Below, one piece after another: positions 44,335 to 56,559 of a stretch of DNA of 64,000 nt. The notes beneath the pieces were generated by a model. That model was not told the DNA's origin and ran no database searches. It was given only the letters and a program-made list of their open reading frames with translations. Position 1 is the stretch's first letter; each line of letters starts with the position of its first letter. Both the position numbers and the translations under genes were made by a program. This stretch comes from Flaccisagitta enflata (taxonomy: Eukaryota): assembly GCA_965153355.1 (NCBI GenBank), contig OZ231126.1, forward strand, positions 22,010,001-22,074,000, read 5' to 3'.

Positions 44335-44915
44335 CTTTTTGGGTCGATGACCTATGCTTTCACACATATGGGGGATTTTCTCCTTCTCCTCCTCCTTCTT
44401 CTTCTTCGTCCCCCCTCAAATCCCAGTCTTGAGGCCCAAATTGTGGTCTTGAGGCCCGAATCCCGGTCTTGAGGCCCAAATCCCAGCCTCAAGGCCAAAA
44501 TCCTAGTCTCAAGGCCCAAGTCCTAGTCTGGAGGCCCAGATTTCAGTCTTGAAGCCCAAATCTCAGCCTCAAGGTAAAAATCTCAGCCAAGAGGCACAGA
44601 TCCCAGTCTTGGGCCCAAATCTCAGCCTCCAGGCTAGGATTTGGGCCTTTAAACTAGGATTTGGGCCTTGAGGCTGGGATTTGGGCCTCAAGACTGGGAT
44701 TTGGGCCTCGAGACCAAAATTCGGGCCTCGAGACTGGGATTTGAGGGGGAGGGACGGAGAAGAAGAAGGGAGAAGGAGAAAATCCCCCATATGTGTGAAA
44801 GCATAGGTCATCGACCCCTTCGGGACCGCTGCCCTGCTCCCCCCTCAACCTCAGCCACAACCTACTTAGGCAGGGCACGGGTACCGCTGACCATCTAACG
44901 CTTTTGCGACTATTA
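44335..44915 (+). mobile_element. HINE-like element with inverted 21-bp subrepeat arrays
   Basis: TCGATGACCTATGCTTTCACACATATGGGGGATTTTCTCC is mirrored at 44775-44814. (GAGGCCCAAATCCCAGTCTT)-type repeats switch orientation at about 44630. Relatives at about 14140, 56380 and 63300-64000. Confidence 0.6.
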
Positions 44916-47209
44916 TTTTACTTGGCGTTTTTTGGGCAGCGGCCCCGAAGGGGACGAAGTCCTGTAGAATACAGGGGGACTTTTGTTTGTCCATTCGTCC
45001 ATTCCTCCGTTTGTTAGTCCCCCCCCCCCAGGCCCTCTCAGGCCTGAAATCTGCCCTCTCAGGCCTGAAATCTGCCCTCTCAGGCCTGAAATCTGCCCTC
45101 TCAGGCCTTGAATCTGCCCTCTCAGGCCTGAAATCTGCCTACTCAGGCCTGAGACCTGTCCTCTCAGGCCTTAAATCGCCCATGCAGATTCAGGCCCTGC
45201 CCACCCGTCCGAACTGATGGCCGTGTATCCGGCCTTGTTTTGTAACTGCGATATGACCACTTCTGCTACAATTAGGACTGGCCGTAATATGCAGAACAAG
45301 TGCTTAATACAGGAAATGATTTTTCTCCTTCTCCGTGCGCCAATGTATATCAATCAGGGTTCATTTCCTCTTGTCCGTTCATCCATACCACATGTCAGAG
45401 TTTTAAAAGCCGTTTGATTATACAAGCTAGGCGTTTTTTTACGTAGCTTTTTGGGCTCACAGCTTCTTCCCAAATGCCATTTTAAGTCATCATAAGCCAT
45501 TATTAGTCCTTTTAAGTCCTACGTCATTTTAAGTCATATTAGGTTATATTAAGTCACTTAAGTCAATCAGGTCGATTTAGTCATTCAAATCATCTTAAGG
45601 GCGTGTTTCTACTGAAGATCAAAAACGCATTTGTTCCTGTGAAACGCGATCACAGCGTGAACACATATTCAAGAATTTCAACCGTTCCACGAGGGAGTGA
45701 GTGAAGTGAGTAAGCGAGCCTGTGAACGGAGTGAGCAAGCGAAGTGAGCGTAGCGCTACGGAGCGTGTGAGCGGAGTGAGCAATGCGAGCGAACGAACGT
45801 AGCGAGCGACCGAGTGGCAGGTTCAAAACGCGATTGTCTGACTTTCTAAGTTATTTCAAATCATTTCCGGTCATCTTGAGTCATTTAAAGTCCCGCTCGC
45901 ACGCGACTTATAGGTCTCGGACGGGTTGGTAGGGGTGTTCTCCCTATACATAGCATCTATTTCTCAAAGGAAGCATCAACTTTGGAAGACTGCTGCTCCT
46001 AAAACAATTGAGCTAATGACCTTAACTTGGACTCATTTTAAAGAGCTGTGTCTGTTCTTTAAAATAAGCCAAAGTTGAGGTCATTAGCTTAATTTGTTTA
46101 GAAAATATGAGCTTACAAACAGGGGGGTGGTGGACAAAGATTTTCCCATGATTTGCATGATTTTTCGTTATTCTTGGGGGGCCATGATTTTTACGAAAAT
46201 ACCGTTAAGCTATGAAAACCATCTCAGCACATGCCGGGGATGGGATTTCAACAAAAAATTGGTACAGGATCTATTTTTCTTATTGGACTTTCCTATACTA
46301 CTTAAAATCAAATTTGCAACAACTTTACCGCAGTATGTTCTGTAAGAATATCGCTCGTTTACCTGTTGCCAGTGAGCACAAATATGTGTGACAACCCTGT
46401 TATGTGACGCTTTCTATCAACCACTAAAGGATCGATATTCTTACAGAACATACTGCGGTAAAGTTTTAGCAAATTTGATTTCAAGCAATGTTCCCTCAAA
46501 AAATTCTCAAAATATTGATGTTCTAGCGGTAATACATGGAAATGTGTTTCCATGGCAACCAAACCCATCGTTAATAAAGCATCCTTTTTTTAGTTTATAT
46601 ACCAAATATCTGTCTCATAGATGGATAGGTATGAATCGTTCACATTAAATACTGATATATTTGTGATCATTTTGTATTTATTTTTAGGTCAATTAATGAA
46701 CTAATGTGACAGGGCGGAAGATTTTTAGTCGCGTGCTACGCGACTCTACACCCCGCTTTGTCCGACGGTAGGTCGGTTGATTTGTCACATTTTACTTTTT
46801 TATGATTTTTAGTTGCGGACACGCAACTCTATAAGAGGCTTCGTCCGTCGGTCTGTCCGTCCGTCGGTCCATCCGTCGGTCCGTCCGTTGGTCCATAATT
46901 ATCGAGTCGAAAAGTGGGAAAACACGCATTTCCGCCCCTGCCCACCTGTCCGCAATTGAAGGGCTGGTATCCGGCCTTGTTATTTTTTTACCTTACTGCT
47001 CCTGCAAAAATGGTCTAGTGACCTCATATATGGTCTCTGCCCACCCGCACACGACTGGGGTAGCCGTGTATCCGGCCTTGTTTTTCCATGATGGTACAAA
47101 TTGACCTAGAGTCAGTTCAAGCCACGATGTAATCATTAACTAAGTTAGAATGAGACCAAAGAGGTGTAAAACTTTAAAATCATTTTCTTATCCTTTTCCA
47201 TGGCAGGAG

Positions 47210-47282
47210 ATGAAGGTCTCAGCTTTGCTTGCGATTGCCTTGATGTTTGTGGCTGTGAATGTCGCTCCACTTCAGGCCGAAG
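47210..47282 (+). CDS. vWA-Kazal secreted protein, coding exon 1 (signal peptide)
   Basis: TGGCAG|GAGATG; MKVSALLAIALMFVAVNVAPLQAE; donor G|GTAAAA, phase 1. Confidence 0.8.
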
Positions 47283-48062
47283 GTAAAATCAACTATTTAT
47301 GTTTTATTCATTTTCCCTTTGTCTTATCATCCATCCGTCTATCTGCCGGCCATCAAATATTTGACTGTGTGCGGTGGGCAGGAGCAGTTATGCAGAATAG
47401 CAAGACCGGATACACGGCTACCCCAGTCGCGTGCGGGTGGGCAGGGGCCATATTTGAGGTCACAAGATCATTTGGGTATAAAATTCATAAAAAAAAGTAA
47501 AATGTGACCGACAGGTAGACAGACGGATGGAAGGACGAACGGACGGACAAAGTGGGGGCACATGACTAAAAAAATGGCAGATGCCATAATGAGGAAAGGA
47601 CTGCACAAAAAGGTTTAAAAGGTCAATGTAATTGACTAATGGCCTAACTAACGGACGGATCATTAGATCAATAAATTGACAGATATAGGAGCCTACTTAG
47701 ACCAATGTATAAAAAAAGGTACAAGCTAATCTTCATCAGCTAACAAGCTAACGAGGCCGGACACACGGCAATCCAGTCGTGGACGGTTGGGCAGGAGCAG
47801 TAATACAAAACCCGCTCGCAATTAAAAAATGTGATGGATGGACGGACTTACATACGGACCGACACGGCAAGGTGTCGAGTCGTGTGTCTGCGACTAAAAA
47901 CGCCAGGCTCTATTCTTAGGTGCTTTCTGTTTAGCAGGTCAGTCGCAAACCTTCGACAAAGTTCATTTCAGAAGAGAATATTTTGACCAAACATTCTCAA
48001 AATTGACGATAGTAAGATTTGCACGACAGCTATTATCTTTTGGCCTTGTTATATTTGCTAAG

Positions 48063-48166
48063 GTGTCGTGGAATCGTCATGTATAGCTTCAAGTAAATTC
48101 GACGTACAACTTATCGTTGGTTCAAATACTAAGGTGGAGCAAAAACGTTTTGCACAAATGATGAAG
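48063..48166 (+). CDS. vWA-Kazal protein, coding exon 2 (vWA start)
   Basis: AAG|GT GTC; VVESSCIASSKFDVQLIVGSNTKVEQKRFAQMMK; donor AAG|GTATCA, phase 0. Confidence 0.75.
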
Positions 48167-49099
48167 GTATCAACCCAATTGCAGGCGACTGATGTGGGGG
48201 GACAACTCGAGGCCGAATTTTGGACTACAATTAACACTGAAACCACTTTAGTCAGATTTTGACTGAGTGGAATAAAGCAGGACCTCCTTTATTTTCAATT
48301 CTATGTAGTTATTTTTGTTTTAGCTTTCTCAAGGGGATTTGAATTTGGAATTTGTTTACACTCTTGAGCTTTATCTTTTTTTTTACCACCCAATTTAAAG
48401 AAAGGATTTTTCCTAAAAGGATACGAATATTCATCATGAACAATAGTCAAGAAATGAAAACGATGATGACAATGACCACATTGATGATGAGGCTGATGTT
48501 GCAATGATGAGTGGCATAACAACAATTTACACAACGTCATAGGAAAGTTCTTTATTAAAGGGATAGAGCTCAAAATCATGTACAAAGATTGCCCCCCAAA
48601 AAAATTTAGCCATAGGACCCACCCATATCCCATAGAAAATGTATGGGAAGGATTTTGGTCTCCAGGGTTTCCTATACTTTATCATGGGGAAGGGAGTGGG
48701 TGGCGGCTATAGTTTACAGGGATCCTGTGGCTAAATTGTTTTTGTGGACCATCGTTATAAATGATTTTAAGCTATATCCCTTTGATCGAGAACTTTCGCA
48801 TAACTTTGGGTGAACAATTGTTGAATGTGTTGATGACGACGACTATAATGATAATCCTGCAAATGAAGAGTAAACAAAGTGACATAATTTTGAACATGGA
48901 GATCCCTTTTGTTACAAACAGTTCAATGGCAACGAAAACAATATGATTGTTCAGCAAGAAAATACATTAAAAAACAGTAAGCATGTAACTCACATTTCAC
49001 GTTTGAGGTATCACATCATTTTTGTAAGAAGTAATATGACAGGACAATGGGAGCAAAATCACTATTAACCGCAAAAGTTCCAGACATAATGACAACGAC

Positions 49100-49137
<38 letters not shown>

Positions 49138-49980
49138 CCATGATGATGACGATAATAACGATGATTACGATGATGATGAGGCATTTCTATTTTGAAATTA
49201 TGACAAATTTTGCAATATTGACAAATGCGTAACCAATTGACCAACCGACCAACCCACCAATGGACAGACACGGGCGTAAATTGAGATGGGAGGACGCATC
49301 TAAAAAATCTACATTTATAATTTCTGGTTTAGATATGTTTAGAAATTCAAAAAAGTAAAAGATCATTTGAAAAAATCAAAAATGTCATTTATGGGAATTT
49401 TCACATTAAGATTTTCAAACATTGACAATAATAGATTGTATAAAAAAAAAAAACATAAAAAAAGATGGAAGAGTGATAAAAATAACGTTTTAATCAGGCT
49501 CAAGATAAAACATTTTTTATGCTCATTCATAAATTACTTTTGTTAAAATAGGCAGTGAAAACTGAAACCTCTCTAGTCTGATTCTGCCCTGAGTGGTTTG
49601 GGAGCTAACTGCCCTCATTTTCAGATGAGGATTCGGCATTGAGTGCCCTCCTCACTAATGCTTATCGTGTGTCCAACCTTGTTCAATTCTTCTTACGCAC
49701 CACGGCACGTCTAAAACTGGTCATGTCTGTCAGTGTGTCCGTCGGTTGGATATGATTAACTCGCAGCGCTCTTGTTTTTGCGGACACGCAACTCTGAAAG
49801 AGGCTTTCTCCATTCGTTGGTCGTCAAGATTTGTGTTGAAAACCAAAAAAAACGCGTTGTCATTGTACTTGTGTCTATGTGTATGTGGCAGGGCGGGTAG
49901 GGGTGAGGTTGGGGTGAGGTTGAGGGTTGGATGCCCACCCGTCCGCAACGATAATGTGACCCACGTCACTTGTTTATTAG

Positions 49981-50090
49981 GACATAGCCGACATAATTGG
50001 GAACTTCAACGTTGGGCCAGACAAGACTAGAGTTGCTCTGTTTCAGTATTCATCGCCAGAGGAGATGCACAATATCTTCACACTTTCAAC
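49981..50090 (+). CDS. vWA-Kazal protein, coding exon 3 (absent from the ORF track)
   Basis: TATTAG|GAC; DIADIIGNFNVGPDKTRVALFQYSSPEEMHNIFTLS, a typical vWA F.VGP..TRV..VQYS segment; donor AC|GTAAGA, phase 2. Confidence 0.9.
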
Positions 50091-50310
50091 GTAAGATGAC
50101 TGATTTAGTTTGGTAAACGTTATTGCCATGATAATAAGGAGATCAAATACCATGACACCGTGCTAATGAACACTATCAAGAAAACTTGGTAAAAAAAAAT
50201 AAGAAAACGTCGAAAGAAATGCAAACAGTTGTAGTGGTGGGGATGGGGATTCGCTTCACACCTTGTTGACCTGGCTTACCTTTTCTCAAAGTAGTTTTGT
50301 TCACTCACAG

Positions 50311-50443
50311 TTATTCTAGCAAAAAAGAAGTGCAGTCGGCTATTCAAAATACTCCGTTCCGCCCAGGAGGCGTATTCACGGCCATGGCGATGAGGAAGGC
50401 TTTGAAATTGTTCAAGCCAGAACAGCGCAAAGATGCCACTAAG
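50311..50443 (+). CDS. vWA-Kazal protein, coding exon 4
   Basis: TCACAG|T; YSSKKEVQSAIQNTPFRPGGVFTAMAMRKALKLFKPEQRKDATK; donor AAG|GTGAGT. Confidence 0.9.
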
Positions 50444-51956
50444 GTGAGTCTCTCTTCGCCAATTTCTATGGAAAAAAGTTGTAGTATTGTTGTAAATTTG
50501 TAATAGTAAAGTTGTAAATTTGACATTCTGATTGCGCCAACAGAGGTCTGTGTGATCAAAATTCTCATATGCATCTTGGCGTGCATCGCTGTAATAAGTT
50601 GGGATATCCTAAAGGAGATCTGAAACACCAAATTCTCTCTAAGTACCCAGAGCTGCTGCTCGAAGAGCTGTTGGCTGTTCAAAAGGTTCCAAAAGCCAGG
50701 AAAGAAACAAGGCCGGATACACGGCAATCCAGTCGTGGACGGTTGGGCAGGAGCGGAAATGTGAAAACCCCTCGCAATTCAGAAATGTGACCGACGGACC
50801 GACGGACCGATGGACGGACGGACCGACCGACACGACAAGGTGTAAAGTCGCGTGTCCGCGACTAAAAAGAGAGGAAAAAAAAAGAAGACAAAATGAGAAA
50901 GAAGGAAAAATAGGGAAAACAAAAAAGGGGAAAAAGAGATAGGGAAGTCAACGTGGGTTGGTTCTTTGGAAATGCGAGTGAAAAAGCTTTGTCAGAATTT
51001 TATACCTGCATTTGAATAGAGCCCATGCGACAAGTATGGCAGAATAATGTTCATATGCATTGAATTTTAGTCACTTTAGCCATAATCATGTTTGGGTAAT
51101 TTTTCTTTCTTCAAAAAAATTGTGTTATAAATCTAAGAGATGAGGACGCTCTAAAGAAAAGGTTTTATGGCTGAACTAGGTCGATGTGAGTTAATGTGAG
51201 CTAACTGTTATATCCCCAGAGCATGACGAGCTCAAATCTGTTTTCATTTTCATCTGTTGAAAACGCGCGGAGACGCAAATAAAAAAAAAAGAAACAGCAT
51301 TATCAGTGGCGGAAATTATACAAAGCTGAAACATATTATTGTGTGTGTGATATTTTTTTAGATGCGTCTGCCAGGAAAGCATCTTTGTAAGAGGGTCTGT
51401 CCATCTATCTGTCAGTCAGTCTGTCCATTGGTCCATATGTCCATCCCTTACGCCTGTGCAAAAACCGTGTTTTTTGGCTGTTTTTGGCCCCAATGCGATC
51501 CTTAATTGAATCAAATGATTGACAAACACATTTTGAGAGTATCCTTTACTACTTGACTGTTTCATTTTTCTGTTTGTCACACCATATATGATATTGATTA
51601 CCGCCTAATTCAACACACATAGTGACAGTCCGGACAATCTTATATATCATATATTACTTCATCCTAACCAAACAACCAAGACACTAAGAATTACATGGTC
51701 AGACAGACAGACAGACTAACCAATGGACGGACAAAGCCTCTCATAGAAATGCAAAGTTGCATCTAAAAACATTTACTGAGCAAAAAAAAGCTAATGGCAA
51801 ACACAACAAAATTGCAAGAATTCTAAAACTTTGTATTTGTGACTTTTTTTCTTACAGCGAAAGCCGCCTGTAGATAGTCAAGGAACATGATAGGCTAAAT
51901 AAGATCTGTTTTCTGTTCGTATGTTGGGGTGTAAATCTGAAAATCCTCCCGGGCAG

Positions 51957-52215
51957 ATTTGCCTAGTATTTACTGCTGGAACTCCAACTCGCGAGGATAG
52001 ACCAAGAGTATCGGAAGCTTCGCGGGCGTGGACTAAAAATGGCGTGGTGGTCATTGGAGTGGGCTTAGGGAAATTGGGACTTGGAGCTCACAACTTGAAC
52101 TTTGCAAAAGAAATTCTTACGAATATAACAGGCTCCAAAGACAAGATCATCCAAACGAATTTCTGGAAAATCCCGGAATTAAAGAATGTTTTAGTGAATA
52201 TCATATGTCCCCTTG
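51957..52215 (+). CDS. vWA-Kazal protein, coding exon 5 (vWA end)
   Basis: GGGCAG|ATT; ICLVFTAG...NGVVVIGVGLG...LTNITG...IICPL; donor G|GTAAGT, phase 1. Confidence 0.9.
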
Positions 52216-52527
52216 GTAAGTTTATTAAAAACAATTTTATGCAACAAAAGACAAATAACGGTACCAAGTTGTAGTTTATGGTGAAAGTGGTGAAAGAGAC
52301 TCAATTGTTTTGTCCATCTGCTAATCTTTGTTGTTTGTAGCTTGAGTTAAAATTGGTCAGAAAGGAAAAAGAATCAGCCTTTGGTCATTCAGATTACAAG
52401 TGCGAAAGATCATTAGACAAGTTGTTTGACAGCAGGATTATGTACTTTGTCCCTTTCCTGCATGATTAATTCCATGAATGCCTTTTCAAACGCCATTGAT
52501 GCTCAAAGTCATCATTTTTGTTTACAG

Positions 52528-52668
52528 CATGCAATCGCGGATGCTCTAAGGTTTTAAGTCCAGTTTGCGGATCTGATGGAAAGACTTATTCCAATTATTG
52601 CATATTTGAAATCGCCCAATGTATGAACACTGGCCTCACTAAAAAGCGTGATGACAGATGTTCCTCAG
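52528..52668 (+). CDS. vWA-Kazal protein, coding exon 6 (Kazal serine-protease-inhibitor domain)
   Basis: TTACAG|CA; CNRGCSKVLSPVCGSDGKTYSNYCIFEIAQCMNTGLTKKRDDRC has six Cys and the PVCGSDGKTY.N.C signature; phase 1-1. Confidence 0.92.
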
Positions 52669-53400
52669 GTTTGATTATATGCCACTTAGCTTTGTTGGAT
52701 CTTCAATCCCCTTCTATAGGTCTGATTTTGAAACCTGAGGCGCCTCCCAAAACGAAATTTACTAAATGAATCATTTTATTGCATAGGGAATACTAAACTG
52801 AATTGTGCCATGTTTTCATTTATTCTAACGCCGTTTCCAAACGAATAAAGATAGAAAGACTGCAGTCTGTTTCACGCCAACTTAGATGAATGAAAACAAT
52901 GTCATTTGGCTTTGAGGCCGATGACCTCTACTTTCACATACTGTGGGAACCCGATTAAACGACCTTGAAGGGACTAGGGATTTCTGGTCGTTAAATCCAA
53001 ATGTTGTTAAATCGAATTTCTAATTTTCCTCCGTTCATCAAAACTAAGTCATAAGCAATTAGGGCAAGCATCAGTGTTTAATTGATCATTATAGTCCATA
53101 TTCAAGCATTAATGCAAATGGTCAACAGACAAAGAAACAGTAAGAGCAAAAGACAAACAGAAAGACAGATAGACAGACAGACAGACAAGAAGACAGGCAA
53201 ACAAAAACGGTCAGATAGATGTAGCCTTGTAAAAGCTCACAATGTCATGTAAAAGAATAAGTATAAAATACCATAAATAATCTGTGGGATAGAAAATATC
53301 ACTAAAAAAATAGCTAGTTTTGATTTAAAGTTTTTCGATAAAAAGCTTATCTACTGATGATAATTCATTCTTTTTATTCATAGTTTTTTTTATTCTACAG

Positions 53401-53420
53401 CTGTTAACGGGTCCCTATGA
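53401..53420 (+). CDS. vWA-Kazal protein, probable last coding exon (AVNGSL*)
   Basis: Strong acceptor TTTTTTTTATTCTACAG|CT GTT AAC GGG TCC CTA TGA, in phase. Total CDS 840 nt, 279 aa. Confidence 0.6.
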
Positions 53421-54329
53421 AAAACGTAGCTCAGCAACTAGAGCAGCTAGAAATGCGCGGTTTGTTTCTATGTGAAGATCATGGTTTATAGAGTCTAAAT
53501 TAAAGAGATCATATTCTTGGGTGTTTGTTTACATAGGGAAACAAACAAACAAAGACGAGAACAGATCATCTGTAAAAATTGTCTTATAAACAGCTGGAAT
53601 CAATCTTAATACACATGTTTTATAGTTTAGAGGAAAGCTCTGACTCCACTCTTTAATCTGCAATGAAGAACGTGTTTTATTTTTGCTGTTTTAACCCCAA
53701 AAACAACCAAAATAAACATTGGGATGACTGTTCTTTTGCCCGTGTTTTTGTCCCACTAGTTGGCCATTACTTGTACTTTCTCTCTGTCTCTTTTTGCATT
53801 TGAGGAAAAACAAAAGGCATTTGAAACCTTGAGCTCCACAGCAAAAGAATGTCCTTATTTGGGCAAAGGATGCAGAAGCAGCAGCAGTACAACTGTAGAA
53901 AAAATTCCTCTGTTGGTGATCGCCATCTCATGTTTGCAGTCTGAACCACGACTCAAAAACAAAAGAACAGAATAAACAAGGCCGTATACACGAGCCGAAG
54001 TCGCGTGCGGGTGGGCAGGAGCAGCGTGCTCGTCACCGTAAACGAAACGGCGGTGCTAAGGGTTACCGACCGACGGACCGACGGACCGACCGACCGACAG
54101 ACGGACAGAGTGGGTCAGTCTGAACCACGTCAAAAACAAAAGAACAGAATAAAAAATCATGAAAGATTTATCATAATGCTTGGTAGGTGACTATGGACTC
54201 AGTTTTGATGAGCAAATCTCATAAGAGAGGGATTGCTCCTGAGATTCAAACAAGGCTGGATACAATATCAATATATAATCATTTAGGGTGGACTAGCAGT
54301 AATGGGGCTGGGCAGGAGCAGTGATACAG

Positions 54330-56095
54330 ATAGCAGTGTGTTTTTATTGGGATTAATCTCATGCATGGAGTTACTCGATTACAGAATGCTTAAAAAGTTT
54401 TTTCCATCAACCAAATCTTAAGTTTTTTGACTCTTATTTTTTCTTTTAAATCTGAAAAAAACATATTCATTAAAACATTCATCATGAATCGTTAAGGCAA
54501 AGAATTTTGTGAGTTTTTTTCTGAATTTATCTGCAATTGTTCATAGTGAGCATCAAAAAAATAACTTAAGTGGAGGCTAGTCATTTTTGTCATGCAACAA
54601 CTGGGATCTGTAAAAATTGTTATGTCTACAATATTTAAATGAGTTTTCCCTCTGTTTTAAGAGACCTTGATATCATTAAGCAAAAAATCATTTTGGATCT
54701 CATTAGCATATTGTAGTATTTCTTTCTGCCGTCACAAGCTCTTAGGCTGTTGTAATGAGATGGATCAAATCGGCCACAGAAGAAAATTTCATGATTTAAG
54801 GAAACCGTGCTACTGGCGGTCTCAATCAGATGGAAAAATCTTGGTAGCCATCATAAACTATGATGAGCCATATCAGCTCATTCCAAGATGCCTTGAGTTC
54901 CACAAAAGTCAAAATTAATGTTATAAGTCCCAAGAAACTTTTGGAGTTAAAAGGGTCTCGCTTAATCAATTACTTCCATACCTTTTTTACTTGTGCTGTG
55001 CTAACCATTCAGATCTTTTACATCTACTTGATAAAAATTTGACTGCAAATGAGTAGATGGATCTACAACCAGACAATTAAGACTTAAAAAAAAATCGCAT
55101 CTGCAATTAGGATTGTGACCTTTTTAAAGACAAGGGCTAAAATTGTCTGAAAAAAAATAAATATAATTGAAAAATCTAAAGGATGAAAATCGAACAAACA
55201 GATTTCCTTGCATTCAAAGCCATCAATTTTTGAATCCAGGATATCTACTTTTCAAACCAGATCTTACTCATAGCCTTAAATTCTTTAAAATTCTTCTTCT
55301 TGGTATAGTATTTCATGTATTGTTATCTCATGTTATTTTGTCTGACATAATGAAAAGGATTCAAATTCAGTTACATTAGTTAAAAAATGGGCCAAGAGCA
55401 ATATGCAAATCAGGAGGTGAGAGGTGATCTTTAATTGAAATGTAATGTAATGTAATGTAACTGAAATGAGATGTAATGTTGTCCAACTCACATACATTTT
55501 TACCTTTAACTTAGAGAAACACTATATAAATCAACTTCATATGGCTGATAAAATCTATGCGACACATGTCACTGAATACTTAAAAAAATATTGTCCATCT
55601 ATTATCAATTTTTTTCTGACTTTGTTTTGTATTTTAAATCTGAAGAAACATATTCAGCAAAATATTCATCATGAGTTGTTTAAGGAAAGAATTAAGTTAA
55701 TTTTTCTCTGAATTTATTTCCAATTATTCATATTGAGCATCAAATAAATGACTTTAGTCAAGGCTAGTCATTTTTGTCATGCAACAACCAGGATCAGTAA
55801 AAACTGTTACATCTACAATATGTAAATGAGTTTGCCTTCTGTTTTAGCAGACCTTGATATCATTAAGCAAAGAATCTTTTTGGATCTAGTTAGCATTTTG
55901 TAGCATTTCTTTTCTCCATAACAAGCTCTTATGCAGTTGTAATGCAATGAAAGAAATTTGCCAAAGAAGAAAATTTCATGATTTTAGGGAACTGTTCTGT
56001 TGGCGGTCTCAATCATTTGGAATAAACTTGGTAGCCAGCATGAACTATATGATGAGCTTATCAGCCCATTTCAAGGTGCCTTGAGAGTTCCAAAA
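54330..56095. repeat. Diverged direct duplication of about 550 bp, period about 1.19 kb
   Basis: ATCTGAA..AACATATTCA...GGCTAGTCATTTTTGTCATGCAACAAC...GGCGGTCTCAATCA at about 54450-54900 and 55638-56085. Confidence 0.8.
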
Positions 56096-56559
56096 ACAAA
56101 AAAAAAATTGATATTACTTGTTTTATACAACTTTGGCCTTTAATTTAAAACAGTCTCGCAACTTTACACCCTGCTATGAGAGTTGGTTGGTCGGTTCGTC
56201 CCTCTCCATTTACCCTTTTTAGTTGCGAACATGCAATTCTATAAGAGGCTTGGTCCGTCTGTTGGTCCGTAATGATCAAATCAAGAAGTGGGAAAACGCG
56301 CATTTCCGCCCCTGCCCACCCTTCCGCAACTGGTGTCCGTGTATCCAGCCTTGTTGATTAGGGCCTTTAAGCTGAGAATTGAGCCTCCAAGGATGATTAT
56401 GAGGCCTTCAAGGCTAGAATTTGGTCCTCAAGGCTGGGATCTGTGCTGGGATCTGGGCCTTGAGACTGGGATTGAGTCAGTGGGAGGGACAAGAGAGAAG
56501 AAAAAAAATCCCACTACTGTGTAAGGGCATCAACCCCTTCAGGGCCGCTGTCTAAACAA

